A stretch of DNA of 64,000 nucleotides from positions 47,190 through 111,189 of the forward strand of contig JAJRPG010000085.1 of assembly GCA_024280855.1 (NCBI GenBank), read 5' to 3'. Position numbers and translations under genes: made by a program. Each line of letters starts with the position of its first letter. The first letter of the stretch is position 1. Of the stretch, positions 35,934 through 46,482 are shown piece after piece. The notes beneath the pieces were generated by a model. That model was not told where the DNA came from. It saw only the letters and a program-made list of their open reading frames with translations, and ran no database searches. Source of the stretch: Planctomycetota bacterium (GTDB lineage: Bacteria > Planctomycetota > Phycisphaerae > UBA1845).

Positions 35934-37943
35934 ATGATAAAAGACGAGAACAATTCTGGATCACAGGGCGTGCGCGGGGGCTTTCTTAGTCGAAACCGCA
36001 TGTGGTTAGTGGTTTGCGTATTTGCGGCGCTATTCGCGGCTGCGTTGTTTTCGTCGTTTTTGCTATCTTATAACTTCAAGTTTGTTTTATATCCCAAGCC
36101 AGCGGTGTCGTATTTGTGGCTAACGAATTTGTTTCTGCCGCTATTGGTGATGTCTATTCCTATCAAGTTGCTCGTGTTTCATTTTACGGGGCAGTTTCGG
36201 GGGTCATGGCGTTATGTTGGGTTAGCCGATGTTTTTGGTGTCATCTATGCGTCACTGGTCGCTTCTTTCGTTTTTCTATCATCATATTTCGTGGCTGAAA
36301 ATGTTTGGAATAATATTTTTAATATCCCGTTGATCGATCGGCCTCCTGGCCCTTTACTTCGTCAGTCGGCTGTTTTCTCTGTGGACTGGGCTGCGACGAT
36401 TGTTTTTGTTTGCGCGGCGAAAGTGTTGGTTCGCTTTTATTATGAAGATGTTCAATCTTCGTCTCCAGTAGGCGTTAAGACGCGGGTGTTGATTGTTGGC
36501 GCGGGTGATGCGGGAGAGGGCTTGCTGAGAGAGCTATTGCGCAGTCGTCAGGATCGTTACGAGTTTGCCGGTTTTATTGATGACGACGTGGCTCAACTGC
36601 ATGGCCGCATTCATGGCGTTCCGGTGATTGGTCGCTCTGGCGATATTCGCAAGCTTTGCGAGGAGCGAAATGTTCACGAAGTACTCATTGCCCGTCCGAA
36701 TTTATCGCCGCGAGACATGCGCGAAATGGTGGAGAAATGCGAAGGTACTGGTGTTATCTTTCGGACGATTCCCGCGTTGACGGATGTAGCTGAAGGGCGC
36801 GTAAAAGTTACGCAATTTCGTGAGGTTGATATTGCTGACCTTTTGGGCCGAGAAGCGGTGGTGTTGGACACCGAAATCATTGGTCAGCAGATTCGCGGGC
36901 AGGTAGCGTTGGTCACGGGGGCGGGCGGTAGTATTGGCTCTGAAATGTGTCGTCAGATATCCGAGTTTCAGCCTCGTCGATTGGTGTTGGTGGAGCGATC
37001 GGAGAATGCGCTTTTTGAAATTGATCGAGAACTTCGCGCTCGTTATCCACAATTAGATATTGAGCCTTTTGTGGCTGACATTTCTGATCGTGAGCGGTTG
37101 GATAGTTTGTTTCGCTACCATAAACCTGCGGTCGTGTTCCATGCGGCGGCGCATAAACATGTGCCGATGATGGAGCGAAATGCTGGCGAGGCGATTAAGA
37201 ATAATATCGTAGGGACGAGTACGGTAGCTGATGTAGCGATTGCTAATGAGGTTAGCCGTATGGTGATGATTTCTACGGATAAAGCGGTCAACCCGACGAG
37301 TGTTATGGGTTGCACGAAGCGCGTGGCTGAGATGTATGTTCAGGGCTTGACGCATCGCGGCCAAACGGAATTTATCACGGTTCGGTTCGGCAATGTGCTG
37401 GGCAGTAGTGGTAGTGTGGTGCCGATATTTCGTGAGCAGATTTTGCGGGGCGGGCCAATTACGGTGACGCATCCTGAGATGGTTCGATATTTTATGACTA
37501 TTCCAGAGGCTGCGCAGTTGGTATTGCAGGCTGGTGCGATGGGGAAGGGTGGCGAGATATATGTGCTGCATATGGGCGACCCGGTGCGCATCGTGGACCT
37601 TGCGCGGGATATGATTACATTGAGCGGGTTGCGCCCTGGCGTTGATATCGATATCGTTTTTTCAGGTACACGGCCTGGTGAAAAGTTGTTTGAGGAATTG
37701 TCCAGCGAAGGTGAGCATATTGGTGATACCGGTCATAAGAAAATAGGCGTGTGGAAGCATAGGCCAGAGAATTTTGAAGCGGTTTGCTCCGGCATTGAGA
37801 AATTAAAGAAGCTGGCGGACGCTGGAGATTTTGAGGAGATTCGCTGCGTATTGTCTACTCTTGTCCCTGAATATGACTATGGGAAAGAGGCTAGTCTGCC
37901 CCCGGCTGGTGAGTCAGCGGTAACGCCGACGTCTGTGAAGTAG
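35934..37943 (+). CDS. Membrane-anchored polysaccharide biosynthesis protein, CapD/WbpM/PglF-type nucleotide-sugar 4,6-dehydratase
   Basis: 4 N-terminal TM helices. Two Rossmann segments (VLIVGAGDAG; VTGAGGSIGSE). SDR core STDKAVNPTSVMGCTKR. Confidence 0.85.
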   Translation: MIKDENNSGSQGVRGGFLSRNRMWLVVCVFAALFAAALFSSFLLSYNFKFVLYPKPAVSYLWLTNLFLPLLVMSIPIKLLVFHFTGQFRGSWRYVGLADVFGVIYASLVASFVFLSSYFVAENVWNNIFNIPLIDRPPGPLLRQSAVFSVDWAATIVFVCAAKVLVRFYYEDVQSSSPVGVKTRVLIVGAGDAGEGLLRELLRSRQDRYEFAGFIDDDVAQLHGRIHGVPVIGRSGDIRKLCEERNVHEVLIARPNLSPRDMREMVEKCEGTGVIFRTIPALTDVAEGRVKVTQFREVDIADLLGREAVVLDTEIIGQQIRGQVALVTGAGGSIGSEMCRQISEFQPRRLVLVERSENALFEIDRELRARYPQLDIEPFVADISDRERLDSLFRYHKPAVVFHAAAHKHVPMMERNAGEAIKNNIVGTSTVADVAIANEVSRMVMISTDKAVNPTSVMGCTKRVAEMYVQGLTHRGQTEFITVRFGNVLGSSGSVVPIFREQILRGGPITVTHPEMVRYFMTIPEAAQLVLQAGAMGKGGEIYVLHMGDPVRIVDLARDMITLSGLRPGVDIDIVFSGTRPGEKLFEELSSEGEHIGDTGHKKIGVWKHRPENFEAVCSGIEKLKKLADAGDFEEIRCVLSTLVPEYDYGKEASLPPAGESAVTPTSVK

Positions 37944-38031
37944 ATTCAGTCGTAAATTTCTGATACACATTGGTCTGTAGAGTCGTCGTTCTAAGTTAGT
38001 ACCTTGTCGATCAAAACGGAGTTGCTTTAAC

Positions 38032-39165
38032 GTGTTTGAAAGTATGATTGAAGTGTTCCCGTGGGATTTACACGACGGCGACGTTGAGCGGGTGTTGGAT
38101 CATCTGCAAGGTGAGCTGGGCATTGAGTCGCTGGTGATCCCTGTTATGGTGTCGCCGATTTCTCAGCTACGCACCCAAAAGATTAGCCCGCATATGTTTC
38201 GGACGCGAGGCGGGGCTTTTTTTCATCCCGATGAGGATAGATATCAGGCAACGCGGTGCAAGGTGGCTATGTCATCCTGGCTAAAGCAAAAGAGTCCTAT
38301 TGAGAATACGCTTCGCGCTTGCTGTGAACGTGACATTGGTGTGCGGGCGGGTGTCTCTCTTATGCACCATCCGCGAATTGCGCGTCGCCATCCGGAGTTT
38401 GCGGTGAGAAATGCGCTAGGCGACTGTTCTACAACTTTATTGTGTCCGTTTAATGCGGATGTGGAATCGTTTGGTGCGGCGGTGATGGCGGACGTTTCTG
38501 CTCGTGAGGGTGTTTCGGGCATTCATCTTGTTGATCCAGACACGTGCACGCATCGAGTAGATGGCTGGGAAAAATCCCCATGGCAATCGCTTGGGCCATT
38601 TACGCAATTTTGCTTATCACTTTGCTTTTGTGAATCGTGTTATCAGCGAGCGCATGGGACGGGGTATGATTTAGGGAAAGCGCGAGAGATGGTTTGTGGT
38701 TTGATCGATACGGCTATTCAATCTTCTGAGCATGCGACTGTCGATTGGCAGGCGCAGGTTGCGGATCATGATGGGTTGATGGCGATGCTTCAATGGCGAT
38801 CGGTAGGTTTGGTTAGTGTGTTGTCGGGGTTGTTGGAAGCATCTGAGGTGTCGGTCTGGCTTGATCGTGGGGGACTTGATGCGGAATGCGTGTCGGGGAT
38901 TTCTGCGTGGCCTGACGAGTGTAGCGTTGTGGCAAACATTGGTTCGATCGAAGATCTAGACGCGCTGGATGCTGGGCAACGCGGTAAGTTGTGTATGAGA
39001 GTCGGGCCTGAGGTGGCGGGTACGGATTTGGTTAGCTTGTTGAAGCAGGCGAGTTCTTCGGGTGTGCCGTCAGCTGTGATCGGTAACTATGGGGTGATGC
39101 CGCGTAGCCGGGAGGATTTTGTTCGACAAGCAGTGCGTTTTTCCCGCCGAGCCTCGTCGGTCTGA
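38032..39165 (+). CDS. Hypothetical protein (377 aa)
   Basis: Long GTG-initiated ORF with no recognised motif. Confidence 0.45.
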   Translation: MFESMIEVFPWDLHDGDVERVLDHLQGELGIESLVIPVMVSPISQLRTQKISPHMFRTRGGAFFHPDEDRYQATRCKVAMSSWLKQKSPIENTLRACCERDIGVRAGVSLMHHPRIARRHPEFAVRNALGDCSTTLLCPFNADVESFGAAVMADVSAREGVSGIHLVDPDTCTHRVDGWEKSPWQSLGPFTQFCLSLCFCESCYQRAHGTGYDLGKAREMVCGLIDTAIQSSEHATVDWQAQVADHDGLMAMLQWRSVGLVSVLSGLLEASEVSVWLDRGGLDAECVSGISAWPDECSVVANIGSIEDLDALDAGQRGKLCMRVGPEVAGTDLVSLLKQASSSGVPSAVIGNYGVMPRSREDFVRQAVRFSRRASSV

Positions 39166-39185
39166 TTTTGTCAGCATGATCGGGA

Positions 39186-39728
39186 TCACGAATTCGTAAG
39201 TTCAACAATTCGCTTGGCTATGGTGGCTGGTAATAAGTTCGTTGATTCGATGATGTGCGCAGCTGCCTTTTCGTAGAAGGGTGATCTTTCAGCTAAGAGG
39301 TTTGCTATTTCGTCGAATGGATTATCGCCTCGCAGGGCAGGTCTATCTGAGGTTGTGGCTTCGTGCTGCTCAATTCTTTTTCTAAGTTCGTCTGCCGTGG
39401 CTTGTAACCAAATGATGGTGCCGATGGTGCGAAGGTTGGTTACGTTTTTCGGGTCGAGAATAGCCCCTCCGCCTACACTGAGGATCTCCGGTGGTTGTTG
39501 AGCTAGTTCGGTTATGACGTTTTTTTCGTATTGACGAAATTGAGATTCTCCTTCGTCGCAGAAAATTTCGGCGATGGTTTTTCCGGTGTTTTGTTTTATA
39601 AGATCGTCAGTATCGACATATGGTTTTCCTGTTAGAGCGGATAACTCTTTGGCGACGGTGGTCTTGCCGCAGCCTCGATAACCAATCAATACGATATTCG
39701 ATGAGAGGTATTCGTGCGGTGCTTTCAT
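39186..39728 (-). CDS. aroK: Shikimate kinase
   Basis: P-loop GYRGCGKTT, DTD, and the SVGGG lid region. 4-nt overlap with the upstream aroDE gene. Confidence 0.9.
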   Translation of the reverse strand: MKAPHEYLSSNIVLIGYRGCGKTTVAKELSALTGKPYVDTDDLIKQNTGKTIAEIFCDEGESQFRQYEKNVITELAQQPPEILSVGGGAILDPKNVTNLRTIGTIIWLQATADELRKRIEQHEATTSDRPALRGDNPFDEIANLLAERSPFYEKAAAHIIESTNLLPATIAKRIVELTNS

Positions 39729-41272
39729 GTTGAAGGCCGGCTTTCCTTGGTCAACTCATTTTCTATAAGTTGATAAGCTTTGGTTGTGTCTGCGGTTTGC
39801 CTGGTCCATAGTTGAAACTGAGCGGCTGCTCGCCTGATGAACATGTCCAAGCCGTTTAATGTTGACTTGCCTTGTGCCTGTGCATCCAAGAGAAGTTTGG
39901 TTGGCATCGGGCGATAGATCAAATCGAAAACTAGGTCGTAGGATTTTAGTGCAGCCGGTGACATGGGTGAGTCGTTTGTCATTGGCCACATGCCGACGGG
40001 GGTGCAGTTGATAAGTAAGTTAGATTTACGTTGGCCACGCTGCGACCAGGGTTGAGAAGTTACTTGGAACTGCTCAGCTAGGTGTTTTGCGGGTTCGTCT
40101 CTGCGACTGTAGATGGTTATGTCACAGGCATGGCTTGTTAGGCCTGCGACGATCGCGCGGGCAGAGCCTCCTGCGCCGAGGACGTCTACCGTTAAGTTGG
40201 CTAAGTCTTTGTGCTGGCATTTAAGGGCTGCGACGATGGCGTCTATGGCTGCGTGACAATCGGTGTTGTAGCCTAGTGCGTTTTGTTGGTCGCCGAAAAC
40301 GAGTGTGTTGACTGCGCCAATGGATTGAGCGAGTCGGTCTGCTTTTTGGCCAACGCAGTCGAGGGCTGCTTGTTTGTGCGGTACGGTTACGCTGAATCCG
40401 GAGATGCCTAGCCAAGGTCTTTTGGCGCACTCGTTTAGGAATGTCGGTAAAGCGTTCGGGGTGTTGTTGACGTGAAGCGGGAGATAGACTGCGTTGATGC
40501 CCGCATCTGCGAACCAGGTGTTGAATAGCAGGGGACTCATCGAGTGGGCGACGGGATGGCCTAAGACACCGAATACTTTCGTTGACGAATCAATCGAATT
40601 CCATCGGTAATGGCTAATCATTTTGTCAACGCTGATTTGTCCGGGGGCAGTCTCGTCCGATGAATCTAACGAGCAGTAAGTGCCGAATGCCCCGAGCTTG
40701 CGGGCGAGAACGCGGGTCCATAAGCCGCATTCTTTCATGGCGATGGCGATGACTTTGTGCCCGTCGCGGTGCATGAGGTCTAGGGCTGCAAATGAAACGT
40801 TGATGTGCTTCGAGGTGTAGGCGATTTTAGCGATGGCTGTTTTGTGGGTGGTTGGCAAGTGAGTAGGAAAGTTTGCCACGTCGTCTGGGCAGTCATCGAA
40901 ATGGTGGCTTGAAAGTATGATGCGATCGTTGCGAAGTTGGCCGGTCAGGGAGGCTGGTAAATTGTTCCAATCGTTAAGTTCAAAATCAATGTACGCACCT
41001 GTTGCTTGTGCGGCTGAGGTTAGTTGTTCGAGTCTTTCTGACGGCAACGCGGCACTGTGTCCGCCTTCGTATACGCTTCGACATGTGACGATCCATGTTT
41101 TTTCTTTTTGGTCTTTGAGTAGTTGGTGGATCGGAGCGATTGATCCTTGATACTTGTCTAAACGAAGTTCAATCGCGTCTGCGCCTATCGCCCATGCGCG
41201 ATGCACCTGCTTAAGCATCGCAGCTTCGTCTTCTATCATGATTGAACAAATCAATTGCGTCATGCGCGTCAT
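39725..41272 (-). CDS. Bifunctional 3-dehydroquinate dehydratase (type I) / shikimate 5-dehydrogenase (AroD-AroE fusion)
   Basis: The N-terminal half is type-I DHQase-like (ADAIELRLD...). The C-terminal half has AroE motifs (GHPVAHSMSPLLFN, NVTVPHK, NTD, GAGGSARA). Confidence 0.85.
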   Translation of the reverse strand: MTRMTQLICSIMIEDEAAMLKQVHRAWAIGADAIELRLDKYQGSIAPIHQLLKDQKEKTWIVTCRSVYEGGHSAALPSERLEQLTSAAQATGAYIDFELNDWNNLPASLTGQLRNDRIILSSHHFDDCPDDVANFPTHLPTTHKTAIAKIAYTSKHINVSFAALDLMHRDGHKVIAIAMKECGLWTRVLARKLGAFGTYCSLDSSDETAPGQISVDKMISHYRWNSIDSSTKVFGVLGHPVAHSMSPLLFNTWFADAGINAVYLPLHVNNTPNALPTFLNECAKRPWLGISGFSVTVPHKQAALDCVGQKADRLAQSIGAVNTLVFGDQQNALGYNTDCHAAIDAIVAALKCQHKDLANLTVDVLGAGGSARAIVAGLTSHACDITIYSRRDEPAKHLAEQFQVTSQPWSQRGQRKSNLLINCTPVGMWPMTNDSPMSPAALKSYDLVFDLIYRPMPTKLLLDAQAQGKSTLNGLDMFIRRAAAQFQLWTRQTADTTKAYQLIENELTKESRPST

Positions 41273-41399
41273 GGACCCTCGCCTTGTGTGTCGTCATTCT
41301 CTGTGCATATCGTAACGATTAGACTATAAGAAGTGAAATTTGGTTAGGGTAGCCCCGTGAAGCAAGGGATGTGTTTCAGGCACTTGTTGGATTTTTGTT

Positions 41400-42065
41400 A
41401 TGGCGAATGACGTAAATAAAGGCGTGATATTTGATCTTGATGGCACGCTGCTCGATACGCTCGAAGATATTACTGACGCGGTCAATGCCATGTTTGACAG
41501 GCTGGGGTATGAGATGACCACCGTGGAGCATCTTCGTAGTTTGATCGGTGAAGGGCTGGCAAATTTGTTAAGACTCGCTTCTGGTGAAACAGGAGACGAA
41601 AAAATCTCTCACCTTGTTGAATGTTATCGAGCGGAATATCTCAGCAGGATGTTGTGTAAGACTCAATTATACGCGGGCATTTCCGAAGTGCTGGATACGA
41701 TTGTTGAGGCGGGTATGCCGATTTGCGTGCTGTCTAATAAGCCGCATGAGTTTACTGCGCCGATTTGTGAGGCGTTGTTATCTCGTTGGCCTTTCGTGCA
41801 ATGTCGGGGGAGTACGGCGGATCGAGCGCGTAAACCAGACCCCGGCGTCGCGCTGGAATTGGCTTCGATGATGCAGATTGATCCTGCTAATGTTTTTTTC
41901 GTCGGCGATTCTGATGTGGATATTCTTACCGGTCAAAATGCTGATATGGCCAGCGTTGGCGTGACATGGGGTTATCGTGACCGATGCGTCCTCGACGAGA
42001 CGAATCCTGCGTTTGTGGTGGAATCGCCGGACGAGCTGCTTGGCGTGCTGATGCCAAAAAACTAG
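41400..42065 (+). CDS. HAD-IA hydrolase (phosphoglycolate phosphatase-like)
   Basis: FDLDGTLLDT, SNK and VGDSDVDILTG motifs. Confidence 0.8.
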   Translation: MANDVNKGVIFDLDGTLLDTLEDITDAVNAMFDRLGYEMTTVEHLRSLIGEGLANLLRLASGETGDEKISHLVECYRAEYLSRMLCKTQLYAGISEVLDTIVEAGMPICVLSNKPHEFTAPICEALLSRWPFVQCRGSTADRARKPDPGVALELASMMQIDPANVFFVGDSDVDILTGQNADMASVGVTWGYRDRCVLDETNPAFVVESPDELLGVLMPKN

Positions 42066-42173
42066 CGATTCGGGAGTAAGATTTAGGTCTGATAATGTTT
42101 ATATCTTTGAGGATTGGGGTGGTCGTTTCACGCCAGAAGAGAGAGGGGCGGCTTAGCGACCGATATTCGTGGT

Positions 42174-42788
42174 ATGGATACATCATCAGAACCCACATTG
42201 AGTCGTTGCCTGAGCGATTTGTTGCAGCCTTTTGAGAAGCTTGATCTTTCGCTGGATGACGGCAGTGCTTATCGCCAATTTCGATCTAAAGAGCCTGCGC
42301 TCGTGAGTTGCGTGGATGACATTTCAAAGAGCCAACAGGCGTGTCTTCAGGTGTTGTCGTTGACCTATGCGGGCGAGAATGTTGGCGCGATTTCTCTTGT
42401 TGTGCAATCGAATTTGGTGAAAAAGACGCAGAATAATCGCTTTGGTCGTATTGATTTGGTGATCGTTGATCCTGCCTGGCGCGGTTATGGGCTGGGTAGT
42501 GTTTTGGTGTTGGGCGGGTTGGTTCATCTGTTGGATGTGTGGGGGCCTCGCTTGTATTCGATTAGTTCGTTAGCCGCCCACGACGCGATTTCCAGCATCC
42601 TGAATAAGTTAGGGTTTCATGGCGAGGTTCGTTCGGGGAAGGATTTTGTTCACGAAGAACGTAAGTTAGCTGGCGACGATCATCGTCATATGTTAGCTGA
42701 TTTGACTGATGCCATGTCAACGGCTTTGCAAACGACGAACTATCGTCTTAGACAACACCAAAATGAAATGCATGCTTCACATGCATAG
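42174..42788 (+). CDS. GNAT-family N-acetyltransferase
   Basis: Acetyl-CoA binding motif VIVDPAWRGYGLGSVL. The ORF opens at 42114, but the ATG at 42174 is more plausible. Confidence 0.62.
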   Translation: MDTSSEPTLSRCLSDLLQPFEKLDLSLDDGSAYRQFRSKEPALVSCVDDISKSQQACLQVLSLTYAGENVGAISLVVQSNLVKKTQNNRFGRIDLVIVDPAWRGYGLGSVLVLGGLVHLLDVWGPRLYSISSLAAHDAISSILNKLGFHGEVRSGKDFVHEERKLAGDDHRHMLADLTDAMSTALQTTNYRLRQHQNEMHASHA

Positions 42789-42817
42789 GCTACCGTAGTT
42801 ACTGCAAGGTATTTCTC

Positions 42818-43798
42818 ATGTCTAAACAAGTTGGCTATTACTGGAATTCATCTTTATCGCAGCGTGAATCTGGCGTTTTGTGTCCTGAAAAGCCGGTGCG
42901 AAATGATGTACTCAACCCAGAGAGTATCGACGGACTTTCTAAAGCGATGGTTCGGCGATCCTTTAGTTCTCGTGGTGAATCAATTTTAGGGTTAGTCCAT
43001 ACGGCTGAGCATATAGAGTTTGTGCGCAGCACCTGCGCGGGGTCTAAGAAAAATTTGGACCGTGGCGATACTGCGGCTACGAAAGATACATTTGAGCAGG
43101 CGTTGCTGTCTGCGAGCGCTGGTTGCGATGCGGTGGATGCCGTGATGAAGGGGGAATTGAGTAGCGCGTTTTGTGCGGTGCGCCCGCCTGGTCATCATGC
43201 CAATGCGATACGTTCGATGGCTTATTGTGTATTTAATAATGTAGCTATCGCAGCCAGGTACGCGCAACAAACGCACCAAGTTGATCGGGTACTCATTGTC
43301 GATTGGGATAATGACCCTGGGAACGGAACGCAGGAAATATTTTGGCAGGACGAAACTGTTTTTCTATTGTCCTATCATCAATCAGATTTGTTTCCCCAGG
43401 CTGGCGCTCATACGCTCATTGGAGATGGACCTGGGCGGGGCTTTAATCGAAACGTGTCTATGGCGCCGGGGACAACGGTTAAGGTTTATCTTTCGACTTT
43501 TGAGAATATCTTGTCTCAGGTGATGAGGGTTTTCTCGCCGGGCTTGGTCATTATCTCGGCTGGTTTTGATGCCCATCATACTGAGCGAGCATCCAAGCAG
43601 GCCTTGCGAGAATCCGACTTCGCTCGCATGACTGAGATTGTCCATGAAGTCACATTTCCGCATTGTGGCGGCCGAATCGTGAGCATCCTGGAAGGGGGGT
43701 ACAACACCGCTACGCTTCCCCTGTGCGTCAAAGCTCACTGCCATGCGCTGGTTTCAGTTGTTTCAGTGCAGAAACAAGACTTGGCGACATCATCTTAG
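42818..43798 (+). CDS. Histone deacetylase-family (class II HDAC/AcuC-like) deacetylase
   Basis: RPPGHHA, DWDNDPGNGTQ and SAGFDAH motifs. Confidence 0.85.
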   Translation: MSKQVGYYWNSSLSQRESGVLCPEKPVRNDVLNPESIDGLSKAMVRRSFSSRGESILGLVHTAEHIEFVRSTCAGSKKNLDRGDTAATKDTFEQALLSASAGCDAVDAVMKGELSSAFCAVRPPGHHANAIRSMAYCVFNNVAIAARYAQQTHQVDRVLIVDWDNDPGNGTQEIFWQDETVFLLSYHQSDLFPQAGAHTLIGDGPGRGFNRNVSMAPGTTVKVYLSTFENILSQVMRVFSPGLVIISAGFDAHHTERASKQALRESDFARMTEIVHEVTFPHCGGRIVSILEGGYNTATLPLCVKAHCHALVSVVSVQKQDLATSS

Positions 43799-43954
43799 AC
43801 TATTCTAATCACACGAGCATATAGCCGGGATCACTATCGACCGATAAGAGGGTCTAGGCTATCACTAGTCGTCCGATGTTTGCGGAATTACTTATCGGTC
43901 GTCATGCGTTAGAATGCGCTTGGTTATGGTGATTGAAACAAGAGGTGTTAATCA

Positions 43955-45055
43955 GTGACGGATCGCAATCTCAAAATCGTATGCGTGTGTGGTGCTCGGC
44001 CTAACTTTATGAAGATCGCGCCGATTGTGGATGCGTTACGCACTTGCAAGAACGTGGAAACTATTTTGGTTCACACGGGGCAGCATTATGACCGGGCGAT
44101 GAGCCAGTTATTTTTTGAAGAACTTGGTATCCCGGAGCCTGATGTAAACCTTGAGGTCGGTAGTGGTTCACACGCCGTGCAAACTGGTCTTATCATGCAG
44201 CTGTTTGAGCCGGTTTGTCTTGAGCATAAGCCCGACTGGTTGATTGTTGTTGGCGATGTTAATAGTACGATTGCGTGCGCGATGGTGGCAGTGAAACTTG
44301 GTATTAAAGTTGCGCATGTGGAGGCGGGGCTTAGAAGTTTTGACCGAGCGATGCCGGAAGAGATTAACCGTTTACTCACGGATTCGATCAGTGATTTGTT
44401 ATTGGTGAGTGAGCCTAGCGGTGTTGAGAATTTGCGTCGGGAAGGGGTTGCCCAAGAAAAGGTTCACTTAGTTGGCAATGTGATGATCGATACGCTTCTC
44501 CATAGCAAGGAGCGTGCGAGTGAATCGAAAATTCTTGGTGAGTTGGGCGTGAAGAAGGGCGCGTATGCCGTGGTCACGTTGCATCGGCCTAGTAACGTGG
44601 ATGATGCTGAAACGTTTGCGTCTATCCTTAAAGCATTGAAAGTTATTGCTGAAGAGTTGGCGATCGTATTTCCGATGCATCCGCGATCTCGTGCGAATTT
44701 GACGAAGTTAGGATTGGATGATGCGGCGAAGGCCGCTAACGTGAAAATTGTTGATCCGCTTGGTTATCTTGATTTTCTAAAGTTGACAATGGATGCGGCT
44801 ATGGTGCTGACGGACTCTGGCGGTATTCAGGAAGAGACGACGATTCTTGGTGTGCCTTGCCTGACGCTGCGTGAAAATACGGAGCGGCCTATTACGATTA
44901 CCGAAGGGACGAATCGCTTGACCGATTGTGATACTGAGGCGATTTTGCAGGCGTATGGTGAGATTCGGGAGTCGCCACCCTGTGGCACCGCTCCGGCGCT
45001 GTGGGACGGTCACGCTGCGGAGCGTATCGTTAAAATACTTGTGGAATCATGTTGA
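43955..45055 (+). CDS. wecB: UDP-N-acetylglucosamine 2-epimerase (non-hydrolysing)
   Basis: GARPNFMKIAP, HTGQHYD, GDVNST, HVEAGLRS and DSGGIQEE motifs. Confidence 0.9.
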   Translation: MTDRNLKIVCVCGARPNFMKIAPIVDALRTCKNVETILVHTGQHYDRAMSQLFFEELGIPEPDVNLEVGSGSHAVQTGLIMQLFEPVCLEHKPDWLIVVGDVNSTIACAMVAVKLGIKVAHVEAGLRSFDRAMPEEINRLLTDSISDLLLVSEPSGVENLRREGVAQEKVHLVGNVMIDTLLHSKERASESKILGELGVKKGAYAVVTLHRPSNVDDAETFASILKALKVIAEELAIVFPMHPRSRANLTKLGLDDAAKAANVKIVDPLGYLDFLKLTMDAAMVLTDSGGIQEETTILGVPCLTLRENTERPITITEGTNRLTDCDTEAILQAYGEIRESPPCGTAPALWDGHAAERIVKILVESC

Positions 45056-45133
45056 GCGGATACCGTGGTGCGGTAAATTAGAATTCATAGGTTCACTGCT
45101 TCGAGGCACAGCAGTGGAAGGAGTTAGATAGCG

Positions 45134-46450
45134 ATGAAGATGGCGGTTGTGGGGACCGGTTATGTTGGCTTGGTAGCAGGCACTTGCTTTGCGGAAAGCG
45201 GGAACCGGGTGATTTGTGTTGATTGCGACGCGCAAAAAATCGAGCGACTCAAGCAGGGTGAGATTCCTATATACGAGCCGGGCCTGACTGAGTTGGTGAC
45301 GTCTAATGCGCGATCTGGCCGATTGACTTTTTCGACAGATTTGGAAGAGGCGATAAAAGATTCGCTGGTTATTGTCATCGCTGTGGGTACGCCGCCTAAG
45401 GCGGATGGCTCTTCCGATCTTTCCGCGATATTGAATGTAGCTACGACGATCGGTAAGACCATGAATGGTTATCGCATCGTTGTGATGAAAAGCACGGTTC
45501 CTGTTGGCACGCATAAGTTAGTATCAGATACGATATCACAATTAAGCGATCACGCCGTTGATTATGTGAGCAATCCTGAGTTCATGAAGGAAGGGGCTGC
45601 GATTGATGATTTCATGAAGCCCGACCGCGTGGTGATTGGTGCGAACAACCCCGCTGTGGTGGAAATCATGCGTGAGTTGTATCAGCCTTTTATGCGCCGC
45701 ACGGATCGTATTTTAGTCATGGACCCGGCTAGTGCAGAGATGACGAAGTACGCAGCGAATGCGATGTTGGCGACAAAAATATCTTTCATGAACGAAATTT
45801 CGGGGCTATGCGATCATTTTGATGCGGACATTGAGATGGTGCGTCATGGCATTGGCTCTGATTCGCGTATTGGTGATGAGTTTTTGTATGCGGGCGTGGG
45901 GTATGGCGGTTCTTGTTTTCCCAAAGATGTTAGTTCGCTAGTTTCTATGGGCGCGCGTGCTGGACACCGAATGCATGTGGTCGAAGCCGTCAATGATGTG
46001 AATCAAATTCAGCGACAGCGCTTTGCGAAAAGAATTGTTGACCATTTCGGAGAATCATGCTCTTCCAAGACCGTGGCTGTGTGGGGTTTGGCTTTTAAGT
46101 CTAAAACGGATGACATCCGCGAGTCACCAGCTATTGATTGTGTAAAAATATTTTTGGAAAAAGGCATGAAAGTGCAGGCGCATGATCCTGAGGCGATGGC
46201 TAATGCTGCGCGTGAATTGGGCGACGGGGTTAAGATGTGTGATGATGCTTATGAAGCGCTTGACGGTGCTGATGTGCTGGTGGTCTTTACGGATTGGTCA
46301 GAGTTTCGCACGCCGGATTTTGATATGATTGCGGAAAAGATGCCGAGTAGATTGATTTTCGATGGCCGAAATATGTATGAGCCTCAGGTGATGGCTAAGC
46401 GCGGGTTTCATTATCATTGCGTTGGTCGTCCTTCGGTGACGCCGGCGTAG
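45134..46450 (+). CDS. ugd: UDP-glucose 6-dehydrogenase (nucleotide-sugar dehydrogenase)
   Basis: GTGYVGL Rossmann motif, NPEFMKEG, catalytic GGSCFPKD, and the C-terminal UDP-binding domain. Confidence 0.9.
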   Translation: MKMAVVGTGYVGLVAGTCFAESGNRVICVDCDAQKIERLKQGEIPIYEPGLTELVTSNARSGRLTFSTDLEEAIKDSLVIVIAVGTPPKADGSSDLSAILNVATTIGKTMNGYRIVVMKSTVPVGTHKLVSDTISQLSDHAVDYVSNPEFMKEGAAIDDFMKPDRVVIGANNPAVVEIMRELYQPFMRRTDRILVMDPASAEMTKYAANAMLATKISFMNEISGLCDHFDADIEMVRHGIGSDSRIGDEFLYAGVGYGGSCFPKDVSSLVSMGARAGHRMHVVEAVNDVNQIQRQRFAKRIVDHFGESCSSKTVAVWGLAFKSKTDDIRESPAIDCVKIFLEKGMKVQAHDPEAMANAARELGDGVKMCDDAYEALDGADVLVVFTDWSEFRTPDFDMIAEKMPSRLIFDGRNMYEPQVMAKRGFHYHCVGRPSVTPA

Positions 46451-46482
46451 CGTTGGGTTGGTGCCAATTGGTTTCCAAAAAC

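Noticed and set aside
37053-37571. 172-aa ORF antisense to the CapD-like gene
   Set aside because: His/Arg-rich shadow frame opposite a clearly conserved SDR domain.
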